Assembly (NCBI GenBank): GCA_036338695.1
Contig: JAYZBQ010000009.1
Location: 1-64,000 of the forward strand
Reading direction: 5' to 3'
From: Myxococcota bacterium
GTDB taxonomy: Bacteria > Myxococcota > UBA4151
Length of the DNA stretch: 64,000 nt
Shown: one piece after another, positions 36,901 to 44,499 of the stretch
Numbering within the stretch: the first letter of the stretch is position 1
Layout: each line of letters opens with the position of its first letter
Translations under genes and position numbers: made by a program
The notes under the pieces: model-generated
Database searches by the model: none
What the model was told of the DNA's origin: nothing
Seen by the model: the letters and a program-made list of their open reading frames with translations, nothing else

Positions 36901-38606
36901 TCGGCGTCGTAGCTGTAGACGCCCCCCACCGTGGCGTTGCGCGGCGGCTGCGTGGTGTACACGGGGGGCTGATTCTCAGGCGGCGGCTCCGCCTGCACCG
37001 AGATCGACATGGACTGAGCCGTGATCGCACCGACAGAGTCTCGCACGCGGATGATGCAGGTGACCTGCTCGCCCAGCTCGTTGTTGCCTGGCGTGTAGGT
37101 AAATCGCCCTGAGTCGCGATCGATCGCTGCGCCCGCAGGACAGTTTCGCACCAAATCGTAGGTCAGCGTGTGCCCGTCCGGATCACTCGCAACCACCTGA
37201 TAGACCAGCTGCTGACCCACAATTGCGGTCGTCGGCGGGTTGGACGTAATGACCGGCGGGTTGTTGACCGGCGGCGCATCATCGATGCCAACCTGCCAGT
37301 TATGCAACACGATGCCGCCTTCGCCGTCGTCGACGAGCACGGAGAAGTTCACGACCTCACCGGAGAACTCGTCATCCGGGGTCCAGGTCACGACGCCGGT
37401 CGTTTGATTGATCTGCGCGCCCGGTGGGTTGTTGTTCCCACCGCGCAGGCGGAACCGGAGCGTGTCGCCGTCTGGGTCGGTGGCTTCGATATCGTAGACG
37501 TACTGCTGCCCGCTCTGTGCGGAGGTCGGCGCGGTGCTGGTGACCACCGGGGGCTGATTGGTACGCTGCACGGTGATCGTGACCACCTCTTCGTCGCTGC
37601 GGCTCGGGTTGCCGTCGTCGCGAGCCGTGAAAGTCACGACGTGCTCGCCGACCTGACCCTCGGTGGGTTGGAAGCGGAAGAGCCCAGTCTGTGCGTTGAA
37701 GGTGGCGCCGTCCGGAAGATTGGCCACACCAAGGGTCACGACGTCGCCCTCGTCCTGATCGGATGCTTCGACCGTGAACTGGAGTACGGCGCCGACGCTG
37801 ACCACCTTGTCGCCGATCGGTTCGATCTCAGGCGCATACGCCAGCGGCTCCCAGAAAAAGCGCATGGCGTAGTTCTCGAGCGCAGGGAACGGGAAGCCCT
37901 CATTGCGCCACTCGTTGGTGTCGCCAAAAAACACGCCAAAGTTCGCCTCAGCACCCTCTGCGCCGATGGTGCAGCAGCCAAAGTTGCCCTCAGGCGACTC
38001 GATCCCAATCGTGATGAGCTCGCTCGCCGTGCGCGGAAACTGGGTGCTGAGCGTTTGATAGTAGTACGTGATCTCGCCGTTGGGCGTGAGCCGAATGGCG
38101 AAGGTGTTGGTGACCTGGCCCTGGTAGTGCGGCGCCCGCCAGGCGATGACATACTCTTGCTCAGACCGTGTGACCCAGACACCGCTGTCGCGCCCATTGC
38201 TCGGGTCGATGTCCGTCCAAGCGATCGCTAAGACGCCATCGGGCGGGGTGTTGTCTGGGATGTTGTTGTTGCGGTTGTAATTGTTGTTGTTCAGGTGGTT
38301 GTCGCCAAAATAGACGAAGCCGTTCGAGCAAATGTTGAGCGAGGTGCGTTCGATCCCATAATAATTGAAGGCAAAAGGGAGATCCGTGGTCTCGTCCGGC
38401 CGGTTCGGGTTATCCGTCCTGCACTGGTCATCCTGATCGATGAACGGTTCGCCTTGCAGCCATGCGTCCTGCCACTCATCGACGCTCGGACCATCCTGCT
38501 CGCCGTTATCAACCCAGCGGTAACCGTAAAGGTCCGGTCCCCCCGTTGCGGCGAACGCCGGCGCCGAGAGTGTCAACAGAGCCCCTACTGAAAGCCACCG
38601 AATCAT
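30930..38606 (-). CDS. Giant surface adhesin: nidogen-like N-domain, 22 cadherin-like/putative-Ig repeats, 2 PKD-like domains, MYXO-CTERM-like anchor
   Basis: ATG 38606 after GGAGGAG; signal peptide; GGPDLYGY...LPFAFNYYG...ICSNG...AWTDIDP; 22 units N-x-x-P-x-ITS...ATD-x-DGD...P-x-G...WTP...DG-x-GG; PIANAG..D; GCAG...LLFAVVALRRRR. Confidence 0.9.
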   Translation of the reverse strand: MIRWLSVGALLTLSAPAFAATGGPDLYGYRWVDNGEQDGPSVDEWQDAWLQGEPFIDQDDQCRTDNPNRPDETTDLPFAFNYYGIERTSLNICSNGFVYFGDNHLNNNNYNRNNNIPDNTPPDGVLAIAWTDIDPSNGRDSGVWVTRSEQEYVIAWRAPHYQGQVTNTFAIRLTPNGEITYYYQTLSTQFPRTASELITIGIESPEGNFGCCTIGAEGAEANFGVFFGDTNEWRNEGFPFPALENYAMRFFWEPLAYAPEIEPIGDKVVSVGAVLQFTVEASDQDEGDVVTLGVANLPDGATFNAQTGLFRFQPTEGQVGEHVVTFTARDDGNPSRSDEEVVTITVQRTNQPPVVTSTAPTSAQSGQQYVYDIEATDPDGDTLRFRLRGGNNNPPGAQINQTTGVVTWTPDDEFSGEVVNFSVLVDDGEGGIVLHNWQVGIDDAPPVNNPPVITSNPPTTAIVGQQLVYQVVASDPDGHTLTYDLVRNCPAGAAIDRDSGRFTYTPGNNELGEQVTCIIRVRDSVGAITAQSMSISVQAEPPPENQPPVYTTQPPRNATVGGVYSYDADAVDPEGTPLRFFLSNAPNGAFVNPVSGIIQWEPSLDQRGTQQDFTLEVEDGGGLRTSQSWTVTVSDQVNRAPIITSSPESEAYPGVEYVYVVLATDPDGDSMTFSLDPLRSPDGATMDEQGRVTWTPNQAQVGQIVSFRVTVVDANGADTNQDFSVTVTEEEPPNRDPVFTSSPPTTATVGVVYTYTATTTDADGDALTLVAELLPDGATLRGATITWTPVLAQVGQQTFRLNVTDGNGGGTQQNWSVTVQEAEPPNTAPIFTSQAPNTAEVGVEYRYQATWTDAEGHAVTFRLVSGPAGMQADADGLVTWTPSEAQAGISHTMVLELRDSEGATTELRVDIGVDELDQNNAPVITSQASGQATVGQAYSYRPVATDEDGDSVTFVLTEAPAGARFVGGAVAWVPSDAQGDQELRFTLRASDGNGGQDEQTWIVRVSPDVGNRAPSITSEAVTSATVGVLYRYQVTATDPDNDTLVFLLPQDQDPPTGMIIDSETGVITWTPSQEQGGITHRVVVAVVDEGGLFDAQSFQVGVGVPVNEPPRITSSAPAEAQPRVQYVYQVIATDPEGETLRFFTDPDRCPEGASINVLTGRFTWTPSLTDAGSTVSCVIGVVDPSDNADLQQITIQVAGEVENRDPVIASQPATTATQASPYIYNIIATDADGDELTYTLVSGPPGARIQSRGPINGVIWLIPPGSAGQDFDFEIRVSDGNGGVTSQAWTVSVTDGEPNQPPIITSTPSGTGSPGVVYQYQVQAFDLEREELTYTLEVAPAGAEITEGGNITWTPTEGQGGQAQAFRLVVSDPRGGEARQEWNVEVSGDPPPPVNNPPVITSVAPTQATVGQEYSYQAQATDEDGDPLFLVLPEDEDPPAGMTINASTGEITWTPSEAGIFRVTVAVTDGTAFAGQVFQISVDSGQANRPPAFTSDPPTQATAGEQLVYVATAEDPDGDAVRFFLFEEGEDCPQGMTINQVTGQLLYTPPASLLGSTVSCVLVAVDTNGLANTQALAIQITDGAPANNAPRITSTPPELAIVGEQYTYSGQATDEDGDVLGWVMTSGPAGAVINSSTGVLTWTPVLEDVGTVSFAVEVRDGRGGINRQQWDVVVREGDLNNQAPEITSNPPTSARVLAAFTYEPVATDADDDELTWRLLEAPAGARINAETGAVSWQPTPLFENREVVFQIEVSDGNDNDRQRWTVRVDPQQSGNNPPSITSSPSTQVFLGNDYTISLSASDPDGDPLSWRLVNAPEGTRLTGAGALDWSPDLGDLGESYDFVVGVLDGRGGTDRLSWQVTVPNRAPEITTDPVVEAVVGEAYRYDVGATDEDPGQPLNYRITSRPPLGMSINAQSGLITWIPSEEQGQETFLVIVRVEDTLGSFDEQSYRVGVDVPPSNRAPTISNTAPDRASAGVLYTFDYEARDLDGDALSWELESGPPGMTIDRDTGVLRWTPSDAQTGQTLSFVVRVSDDEGLFDRQTVLVLVEVEANTPPAFGNEPETEAVVGQEYLFEPRVSDEDADPVSVQLVAGPPSAECSDGRCNRLTWTPDAEGTFSFQLIATDDRGAEAELRWTVLVTEPGANSAPTFTSTPPTTAQIGEEYLYTARAQDPDADRLVYSLAAASPVLMNIDAETGEISWTPTEEDLGPNDVVVQVSDGRGGTDLQTYVLEVIDEFANNPPVITSEAITVAVAEVAYEYRIRANDPDEDDVLSFSLKAGPGGMEVTEDEGLVTWLPPVEAVDQAVLVQVEVTDGEDVVLHEWVITVQDNPDIAPIANAGLDRTVDPGVIELDGSASIDPLAQGLRYVWSAVGGPQEVTIDDPSLAIATVELLYPGDYTFKLQVTAPGDRSAEDEVVITVRYNGPIAIAGEDQRVELPVTGDPALVTLAGEAVVLEEDTPTYRWEQVGGPEIDLNGGDTPNPEFKALDPGVYVFDLVVGDGELESTPDTVVISVVEPDESEAANWGVDETACGCAGSPFGDLAWLLFAVVALRRRRIA

Positions 38607-38694
38607 AAGCGACTCCTCCCGAACCACACGCTCGTGCGTGCACCTTACACGAATTCCGGCGAACGCGCTCGCGCCAGCCTCTCCCTACGAAGCG

Positions 38695-39117
38695 TCACTC
38701 GCCCTCGTCGGGTTTACCCAAAACCTCTTCACGGGACTCGCCCGCCTTTAGGCGCTCGAGCGCATCGGATGGGTCAAAGCTCCCATCGCTCGGGATCGAC
38801 TCACCTGTCTCGGCGCGGCGCAGCAGCTCATTATCGACCCACGACTCATACTTCCCGGCGTCGTAAGCCGCTGACTTTACGACACCAGCATCCATCTGCG
38901 GTGACTTCTTCTTCTGCGCCTCTTGTCGCTTGCGAGCGGCGCGCTCGATGCTTGCGCGGAGCGCTTCGAGCTCGTCGCTTGAGGGTTCGGTCACCTCAAA
39001 CTCGTCGACGCGAAACTCGGAGGGGATCTGACGGTATTCGGGGCCCGCGCGGTAAATGGCCAGCCACAACCCCACCACCGCAACGGTGACGACAGCGAGC
39101 GCTAAGCGCCACTTCAC
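38695..39117 (-). CDS. Hypothetical single-pass membrane protein
   Basis: GTG overlaps the Hsp70 stop; N-terminal TM; charged coiled-coil-like body. Confidence 0.6.
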   Translation of the reverse strand: MKWRLALAVVTVAVVGLWLAIYRAGPEYRQIPSEFRVDEFEVTEPSSDELEALRASIERAARKRQEAQKKKSPQMDAGVVKSAAYDAGKYESWVDNELLRRAETGESIPSDGSFDPSDALERLKAGESREEVLGKPDEGE

Positions 39118-40643
39118 TAGACGAAGGCCGCTTCGGAGATACGGAGGCTGTGTCGAACCGCTTTCTGCGTGTCTAGGTCGCGTGCGTGCAAGCTCAAGAT
39201 CCCGTCAACGCTGAGATCAAAGGTCGTCTCGACCCGCACCTGACCTGCTTTGCCCGGTCTGAGACCGTCGAAGACGTGCTCGCCAAGGAACTGGTTTTCA
39301 CCCGCCTTGGCGTGGTCCCCCTGAAAGATCCGCATGACGAGCTCTTTCTGCCCGTCGTAGCTTGTCGTGAAGGTCAGCCGCCGGCTGTTCGGTGTCGGCG
39401 CGTTTTTTGAGAAGATGCGGAACATGCGCCCGTTCGCGCCCTCGATCCCAATCGCCATCGGGATCACATCGAGCAAGGTCACGTCGCTTTGGCCTGCGCC
39501 GCTCTCTCCTTGAAGTGCTGAGGCGAAAATGGCCGCACCGAGCGCCACCGCTTCGTCCGGGTGCACCCCCTTCGAAGGGGGCTTTCCAAAGTACCGCTCA
39601 CACGCTGCTGAGATCGCCGGCATGCGGCTCTGGCCCCCGACCAACAACACCTCGTCGATCTGGTCCGGCTTGAGCTCAGCGGCCTCGAGCACACCGGCGC
39701 ACACCTCGACGGTCCGATCGACCAGCTCCTTGGTGAGCTCTTCAAACCGTGCGCGCGTGATCTTCATGTTGATGTCGAGCGGATCACCCGCCTCACTAAA
39801 GGCGACGAATGGGACCGAAATCTCGACCTCTGTGCGATCGCTCAGGTCCACCTTACATTGCTCCGCGATGTCGCGCAGGCGCTGCAGTGTGGCTGGCTCG
39901 CTCGTGAGATCGACGCCGTATTCGCTGTGGAACGAGGTCAGGATCTCGTTGAGGATGATCTGGTCGAAGTTAATGCCGCCCAGGAATAAGTCGCCGTCGG
40001 TCGCGACCACTTCAAAGACGTTGTCACGAATCTCGATCACCGAGACGTCAAAAGTCCCGCCGCCTAAGTCAAAGACGACGACGCGCTCAGACAGCTGCCG
40101 CCCATAGCCATAGGCGAGCGCAGCGGCTGTCGGCTCGTTGATGATCCGGTTGATCTCCATCCCGACTTGGTGCCCCGCCGCCTTGACGCTCTGGCGCTGC
40201 AGATCATCGTAATAGGCTGGCACCGTGACTACCGCCTCGGTCACCTTCTGCTGAAGATGCTCCTCTGCGAGGTCTCGAATCGCGCCGAGCAGCTTCGCCG
40301 AGATGTCGGCGAGCGTATACTGCTTGTTCTGCAGCACCACCTCAACAGCGCCGCCCGTGCCCTCTACCAACTCGTAGGTGAAGTACTTGCGCAGGCTCTC
40401 GATGAAGTCTTCGTCAAACTGCCGGCCGATGAGACGCTTGGCGCCATAGACGGTGTGATGCGGGTTGAGCTGCCACTGGCGGCGCGCCTCAAACCCGACG
40501 ACCTCGCGGCCCTTGTCGTCGATCGCAAAGATCGAAGGGAGGGTGTGGCTGCCGCCGGCAGCGCGCACCAGGCGTGGTCGTCCGTCATGATCGACGTACG
40601 CCGCTGCGCTGTTCGTTGTGCCGAGATCGATGCCGATGATCAT
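39117..40643 (-). CDS. Hsp70/DnaK-family protein lacking the C-terminal lid
   Basis: IIGIDLGTTNS, AVVTVPAYY, IINEPTAAALAYG, FDLGGGTFDVS, LVGGQSRMP, LLDVIP linker. Ends right after the beta substrate-binding domain. Start trimmed to ATG 40643. Confidence 0.93.
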   Translation of the reverse strand: MIIGIDLGTTNSAAAYVDHDGRPRLVRAAGGSHTLPSIFAIDDKGREVVGFEARRQWQLNPHHTVYGAKRLIGRQFDEDFIESLRKYFTYELVEGTGGAVEVVLQNKQYTLADISAKLLGAIRDLAEEHLQQKVTEAVVTVPAYYDDLQRQSVKAAGHQVGMEINRIINEPTAAALAYGYGRQLSERVVVFDLGGGTFDVSVIEIRDNVFEVVATDGDLFLGGINFDQIILNEILTSFHSEYGVDLTSEPATLQRLRDIAEQCKVDLSDRTEVEISVPFVAFSEAGDPLDINMKITRARFEELTKELVDRTVEVCAGVLEAAELKPDQIDEVLLVGGQSRMPAISAACERYFGKPPSKGVHPDEAVALGAAIFASALQGESGAGQSDVTLLDVIPMAIGIEGANGRMFRIFSKNAPTPNSRRLTFTTSYDGQKELVMRIFQGDHAKAGENQFLGEHVFDGLRPGKAGQVRVETTFDLSVDGILSLHARDLDTQKAVRHSLRISEAAFV

Positions 40644-40784
40644 TGGGTGGCCGTCTTCCTCTACTCTTCTGTCAAACAGTAAACCGCGCCCCTGAGCTTG
40701 GAGCAAGATTTCTGCCGATTCCTTGACGCATTTACCGCTCTTACCCATTGTATCGCCGGCGCCACGATGTCGCCAGGAGTCAGG

Positions 40785-42239
40785 ATGAGCCTTCGCCGCC
40801 AGTTTCTTTACGTCCCGTTATTGAGCCTCGCCGTCGGCTGCGCAAGCACGCCAACAGAACCGGTTCAAGCACAACAGCCTTCCGAAAATACGCCGACGGC
40901 TGCAGACGACGCTGCGATTCTCGACGCTTGGATGGCCGCGAGCCGCGGGCGCGCAGCGCAGAAACGAGCGGCCGAGGCCGAGCCCTTCCGACCGAAGGCG
41001 GGCGAAAAAAATCCCGTCAAACTGGTCCAGTGGGCGGTCGCACAACCCGACCGACAAGCCGGCTGGCGCGCCTGTTTGGAGCTCAAATCACAACAGGACC
41101 GCGGCACGCTCAACGCCTTCTCACCCTGGCCGTTTATCTGCCGCGCCATGCTGCTCGCGGAGCAGCGCATGTTCAGTCAGAGCGACCGCATGCTCGCGGC
41201 GAGCAACATCACGCTCGCCTCGATCGAGATGTCGTACATCATGGGACACCTCTCGAAGCGACGCTTCGACAAGGTCCGCGGCCACCTCGAGAAGGCCCGC
41301 TCGGCGGTCCCCGAGCACCCGCTGCTCGATTACGTGTCGAGCCTGGTTGCGACGGACAAGGCAGAAGAGTTTGCGTATCTTGAAAAGGTCTACGCCAAAG
41401 ACCAGCGCCATTTTGACGTCCTGACCCGTCTGGCGAAGCACTACGACGCCAAAGGCGACTCCAAGGCCACAGAGCTGCTGCTGGCTGCTGCCAACGTCAG
41501 CCCCCAAAACACCGACATGCGCGTGGCGCTCGCCGCACGCTTCCAAAAGGAGGGGAAGGCCGACCAAGCGCGCGAGCAATACCTCAAGCTGATCGAGGCG
41601 GTCCCCTTCCACGAGGGCGCGCTCACCTTCTTGGCTGATGACGCTCAAAAGAAGGGCGATAAGGCGACCGAGCTCAAGTACATCCAGGCGATGATCAAAG
41701 AGCTCAAAGACACCAAAGAGCGGCGCACGCGTGAGGCCAAGCTGCTCGCTGAGACCAACCAAGTTGACGCCGCAGAAAAGGCGTACAAACGCCTTCTTGA
41801 GGCGGACCCCAAAATGGTCGCAGGGAACCTCTACTTAGCACAACGGCTGCTCGCTAAGGGTAAGCCGTTCAAAGCCATCAATCGCTACGTCAAGGCGGGC
41901 GAAGAGGGCCGCAAGATCCTGGTCGAGCTCGCTGACCGTTACGAGGTCGGCAAGCCGCTGTCCGCCACGGGCAAGTCGCTGAACCCAACGATCTGGGCTG
42001 CCGAAGCTCGGCTCAAGAAACGCTTCAAGGATGCGCGCAAGCGCGCGCCCCTCGCCAAGGGCGGGCGCATCAGCTGGACCTTGATCTTCGACGACCAAGG
42101 CCAGTGCACCGAGGTGCTCGCCGAGAGCAAACGTGTCGACGATCAATGGTTCGTCGTTGGCGGCGTGCTGATGCAGCTTGCGATCCAACATAAATCGGTA
42201 GCGGGCGGTGAGATTTCATGGGACCTGAACGTGCCATAA
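40785..42239 (+). CDS. TPR-repeat lipoprotein
   Basis: ATG after AGGAG; lipobox AVGC; TPR pairs (VALAARFQKEGKADQAREQYLKLIEAVP, VDAAEKAYKRLLEADP). Confidence 0.8.
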   Translation: MSLRRQFLYVPLLSLAVGCASTPTEPVQAQQPSENTPTAADDAAILDAWMAASRGRAAQKRAAEAEPFRPKAGEKNPVKLVQWAVAQPDRQAGWRACLELKSQQDRGTLNAFSPWPFICRAMLLAEQRMFSQSDRMLAASNITLASIEMSYIMGHLSKRRFDKVRGHLEKARSAVPEHPLLDYVSSLVATDKAEEFAYLEKVYAKDQRHFDVLTRLAKHYDAKGDSKATELLLAAANVSPQNTDMRVALAARFQKEGKADQAREQYLKLIEAVPFHEGALTFLADDAQKKGDKATELKYIQAMIKELKDTKERRTREAKLLAETNQVDAAEKAYKRLLEADPKMVAGNLYLAQRLLAKGKPFKAINRYVKAGEEGRKILVELADRYEVGKPLSATGKSLNPTIWAAEARLKKRFKDARKRAPLAKGGRISWTLIFDDQGQCTEVLAESKRVDDQWFVVGGVLMQLAIQHKSVAGGEISWDLNVP

Positions 42240-42260
42240 CAGGCACGCGCCGGGGGCAAC

Positions 42261-42818
42261 ATGAAACCCTTTAGACGAGCTCTTTATGGCGGCTCGTTCG
42301 ACCCGCCACATTTCGGTCATCAGTTTCTTATCCACTACCTCCTCGAGTCTGGGCTCGCCGACGAGGTCCGGATCATCCCGTGCAACGACCACCCACTCGG
42401 TAAAAGACTGAGCCCTTTTGCCCAACGCGCAGAGTGGTGCGAAGCCCTCGTTAAGCCGTTTCACGGCAGAGCGGTGGTCGATACGATCGAGGCAGAGCTG
42501 CCCATTCCGAGTTACAGCTACCAGACCGCAGAGGCGCTCGCCGCAGCGTTTCCGGACGACGAGTTGCGGTGGGTGATCGGCGCGGACGCCGCCGAGCAGC
42601 TCGACCAATGGATGGAGAGCAAACGACTCACCGCCGTGGCGCCGCTCTTGGTCGTGGGGCGCCAAGGTGAGGCGATCCACCCCGATCAGCTCCCCCTCAA
42701 TATGCCAGACGTCTCAAGCAGCGAGATCCGCCAGCGAGCCCGTCAGGGCGAGTCGCTCAACGGCTTTGTGCCGCACGCGATCGCAGCGCTGCTCGCCGAG
42801 GGGCGCTCCTTCAATTGA
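42261..42818 (+). CDS. nadD: Nicotinate-nucleotide adenylyltransferase
   Basis: YGGSFDPPHFGH, PSYSYQT, WVIGAD, W, VSSSEIR. Confidence 0.92.
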   Translation: MKPFRRALYGGSFDPPHFGHQFLIHYLLESGLADEVRIIPCNDHPLGKRLSPFAQRAEWCEALVKPFHGRAVVDTIEAELPIPSYSYQTAEALAAAFPDDELRWVIGADAAEQLDQWMESKRLTAVAPLLVVGRQGEAIHPDQLPLNMPDVSSSEIRQRARQGESLNGFVPHAIAALLAEGRSFN

Positions 42819-42867
42819 CCGCGCCAGCGTCTCACGGTATGTAGAGCGCCCACCGATAGGTCGTCAC

Positions 42868-43071
42868 ATGCCCAAAAATTCAGCCCTTAAAGCACGCATT
42901 GGCGTCCTTCGAACCGAGCATCAAGCGCTCAAAGAGCGACTGGTGAGCATGCGCGGACATCGCTTCTTGACGCCTGAGGAAGAGCTCGAAAAGCGCACCC
43001 TCCAAAAGCTCAAGCTGATGAAGAAAGACGCGCTGGCGGCTCTCGTCGCCCAAAATCGAGGCACCGCCTAA
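42868..43071 (+). CDS. DUF465/YdcH-like small coiled-coil protein
   Basis: LRTEHQALKERL...LTPEEELEKRTLQKLKLMKKD; start trimmed to ATG 42868. Confidence 0.8.
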   Translation: MPKNSALKARIGVLRTEHQALKERLVSMRGHRFLTPEEELEKRTLQKLKLMKKDALAALVAQNRGTA

Positions 43072-43952
43072 GGGTCGAGGTCGCCCTCTTCATCGTCTTC
43101 ATCCGAGCCGAGATCTGAACCGAAGTCGTTCTCGCGCTCGGCGATCTCGTAGGCGTAGATCTGTTCACTGCCGATAATGAACTGGTTCCACAGCGGGCGA
43201 GCTAAAGCCCCGGTGCGACCGCAGCTGAATCGACGATAGTTGTCGCGACGCCCTTTACCAACACAGCCGGAGCGCACCGCACGTACCTGACCTCTCGCTC
43301 GGCTGCCGTCGGCGTAGACCGCACGAGCCGCCGAGATCTTCAAGGTCTCGATCTCCATCGCTAAGCCCACGTGCACCTTCTTCTTGGCGGCGGTGATCGT
43401 CCGCAAGAGCACATAAGCCTTCTTCTGATCGCGCTCAAAGCCGCCGATAACGCTGGTGTCACCCGAGACGTTTACCAAGCCCTTCGAGCCCGGGACGGAC
43501 CACACGACGATGACCTGTCCACGCACCGCATCCTCAGCCGGCTCCTTCTTGAAGACCTTCGCCTCGCGCCACAACCGCTCGCGGCCGTACTCGTTCGGGA
43601 CGACGTCCTCGATCGCGTAATGCGTCGCCTCGGGGACGAGATCAGCGAGCGAGATCGAGTAGCTCCGAAGGTAGCGCACGACGTCCCACGCTTCGAGTTC
43701 GTGCAACCGCTTCCCCGACCACCCCTTGAGCGGGCCGATGCCTTGACCGCGTGCGAGCGCCGCTCGGATCTTATCCTCGCCGACCTGCGCGAGCGCCATC
43801 GGGTCATGCAGCGTGGCGCGGTCACAGCCACCGCAATGCGCTTTGATCAACGCTTGACCGTTGACGAGGTCACCGAGCTCAAAAGCGACTTTTTTTGCGA
43901 GCGCCGGCGACGCGGCCATCACCAGCGAGAGAGCAAACAAACGAATCTTCAT
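43068..43952 (-). CDS. Exported protein with degenerate cytochrome c-like N-domain
   Basis: Signal peptide; GDLVNGQALIKAHCGGCD...DKIRAALARG...LKGW...LHELEAWDVVRYLRS follows a class I cytochrome c pattern but has CxxCD. Confidence 0.6.
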   Translation of the reverse strand: MKIRLFALSLVMAASPALAKKVAFELGDLVNGQALIKAHCGGCDRATLHDPMALAQVGEDKIRAALARGQGIGPLKGWSGKRLHELEAWDVVRYLRSYSISLADLVPEATHYAIEDVVPNEYGRERLWREAKVFKKEPAEDAVRGQVIVVWSVPGSKGLVNVSGDTSVIGGFERDQKKAYVLLRTITAAKKKVHVGLAMEIETLKISAARAVYADGSRARGQVRAVRSGCVGKGRRDNYRRFSCGRTGALARPLWNQFIIGSEQIYAYEIAERENDFGSDLGSDEDDEEGDLDP

Positions 43953-43962
43953 GGGGCGCCTC

Positions 43963-44499
43963 CTAGCGTCGACGCAATGGGCGGCGGCTGCGACCGCTCT
44001 TCATGAGCGCCTCTTCAGCTTGAAGATCAGGCGCCGGCCATAAGTTGGGGTAAAGACCAAACTCAAAGGAGACGGGGCTCCCTTTGTACTCACCTTCGAT
44101 CGCCACCTTGTACGACCCGGCCGTCGGCAGCGTGGCGTGGAAACCATAAGAGCCACGGTCTTTGAGCGCCTGGACCTTCCGACCAAAGGGTTTTACGCGG
44201 CTGAGTTTGCGGCGCAGTTTGCGGTCTTTGGTGCCCTTGGTGTTGGGCGCGATGCGAGCGGTCATGGTGGCGCCGTTGAGCGGCACCGGACCCGCGGGTC
44301 CCTTCTTCGCCACCTCGATAATCACGCGCGCCACCTGACCGGCTTCGGGGACGCCCGGCTGAATCCGTACCGAGGCGCTCAGCCCACCGCCAAGGTCTCG
44401 ATTCAAAAGGCGAACCGGCGGTTTCGCAGGCACTGCGGCGGCTGCGTCGGCTGCGGGCGGCGCCGCAGCGAGCAGGCTGGAGAGGATCCATGCCGTCAT
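43963..44499 (-). CDS. YtkA/FixH-like Ig-fold exported protein
   Basis: VRIQPGVPEAGQVARVIIEV...PLNGA...GSYGFHATLPTAGSYKVAI; ATGA overlap with the DsbA gene. Confidence 0.55.
   Translation of the reverse strand: MTAWILSSLLAAAPPAADAAAAVPAKPPVRLLNRDLGGGLSASVRIQPGVPEAGQVARVIIEVAKKGPAGPVPLNGATMTARIAPNTKGTKDRKLRRKLSRVKPFGRKVQALKDRGSYGFHATLPTAGSYKVAIEGEYKGSPVSFEFGLYPNLWPAPDLQAEEALMKSGRSRRPLRRR

Noticed and set aside
31209..38231. Long plus-strand ORFs (633, 452 and 353 aa)
   Set aside because: Antisense shadows of the repetitive adhesin.
40644..40784. Overlapping N-termini of the Hsp70 and TPR ORFs in the track
   Set aside because: Better starts at 40643 and 40785 remove the overlap and leave a normal divergent promoter gap.
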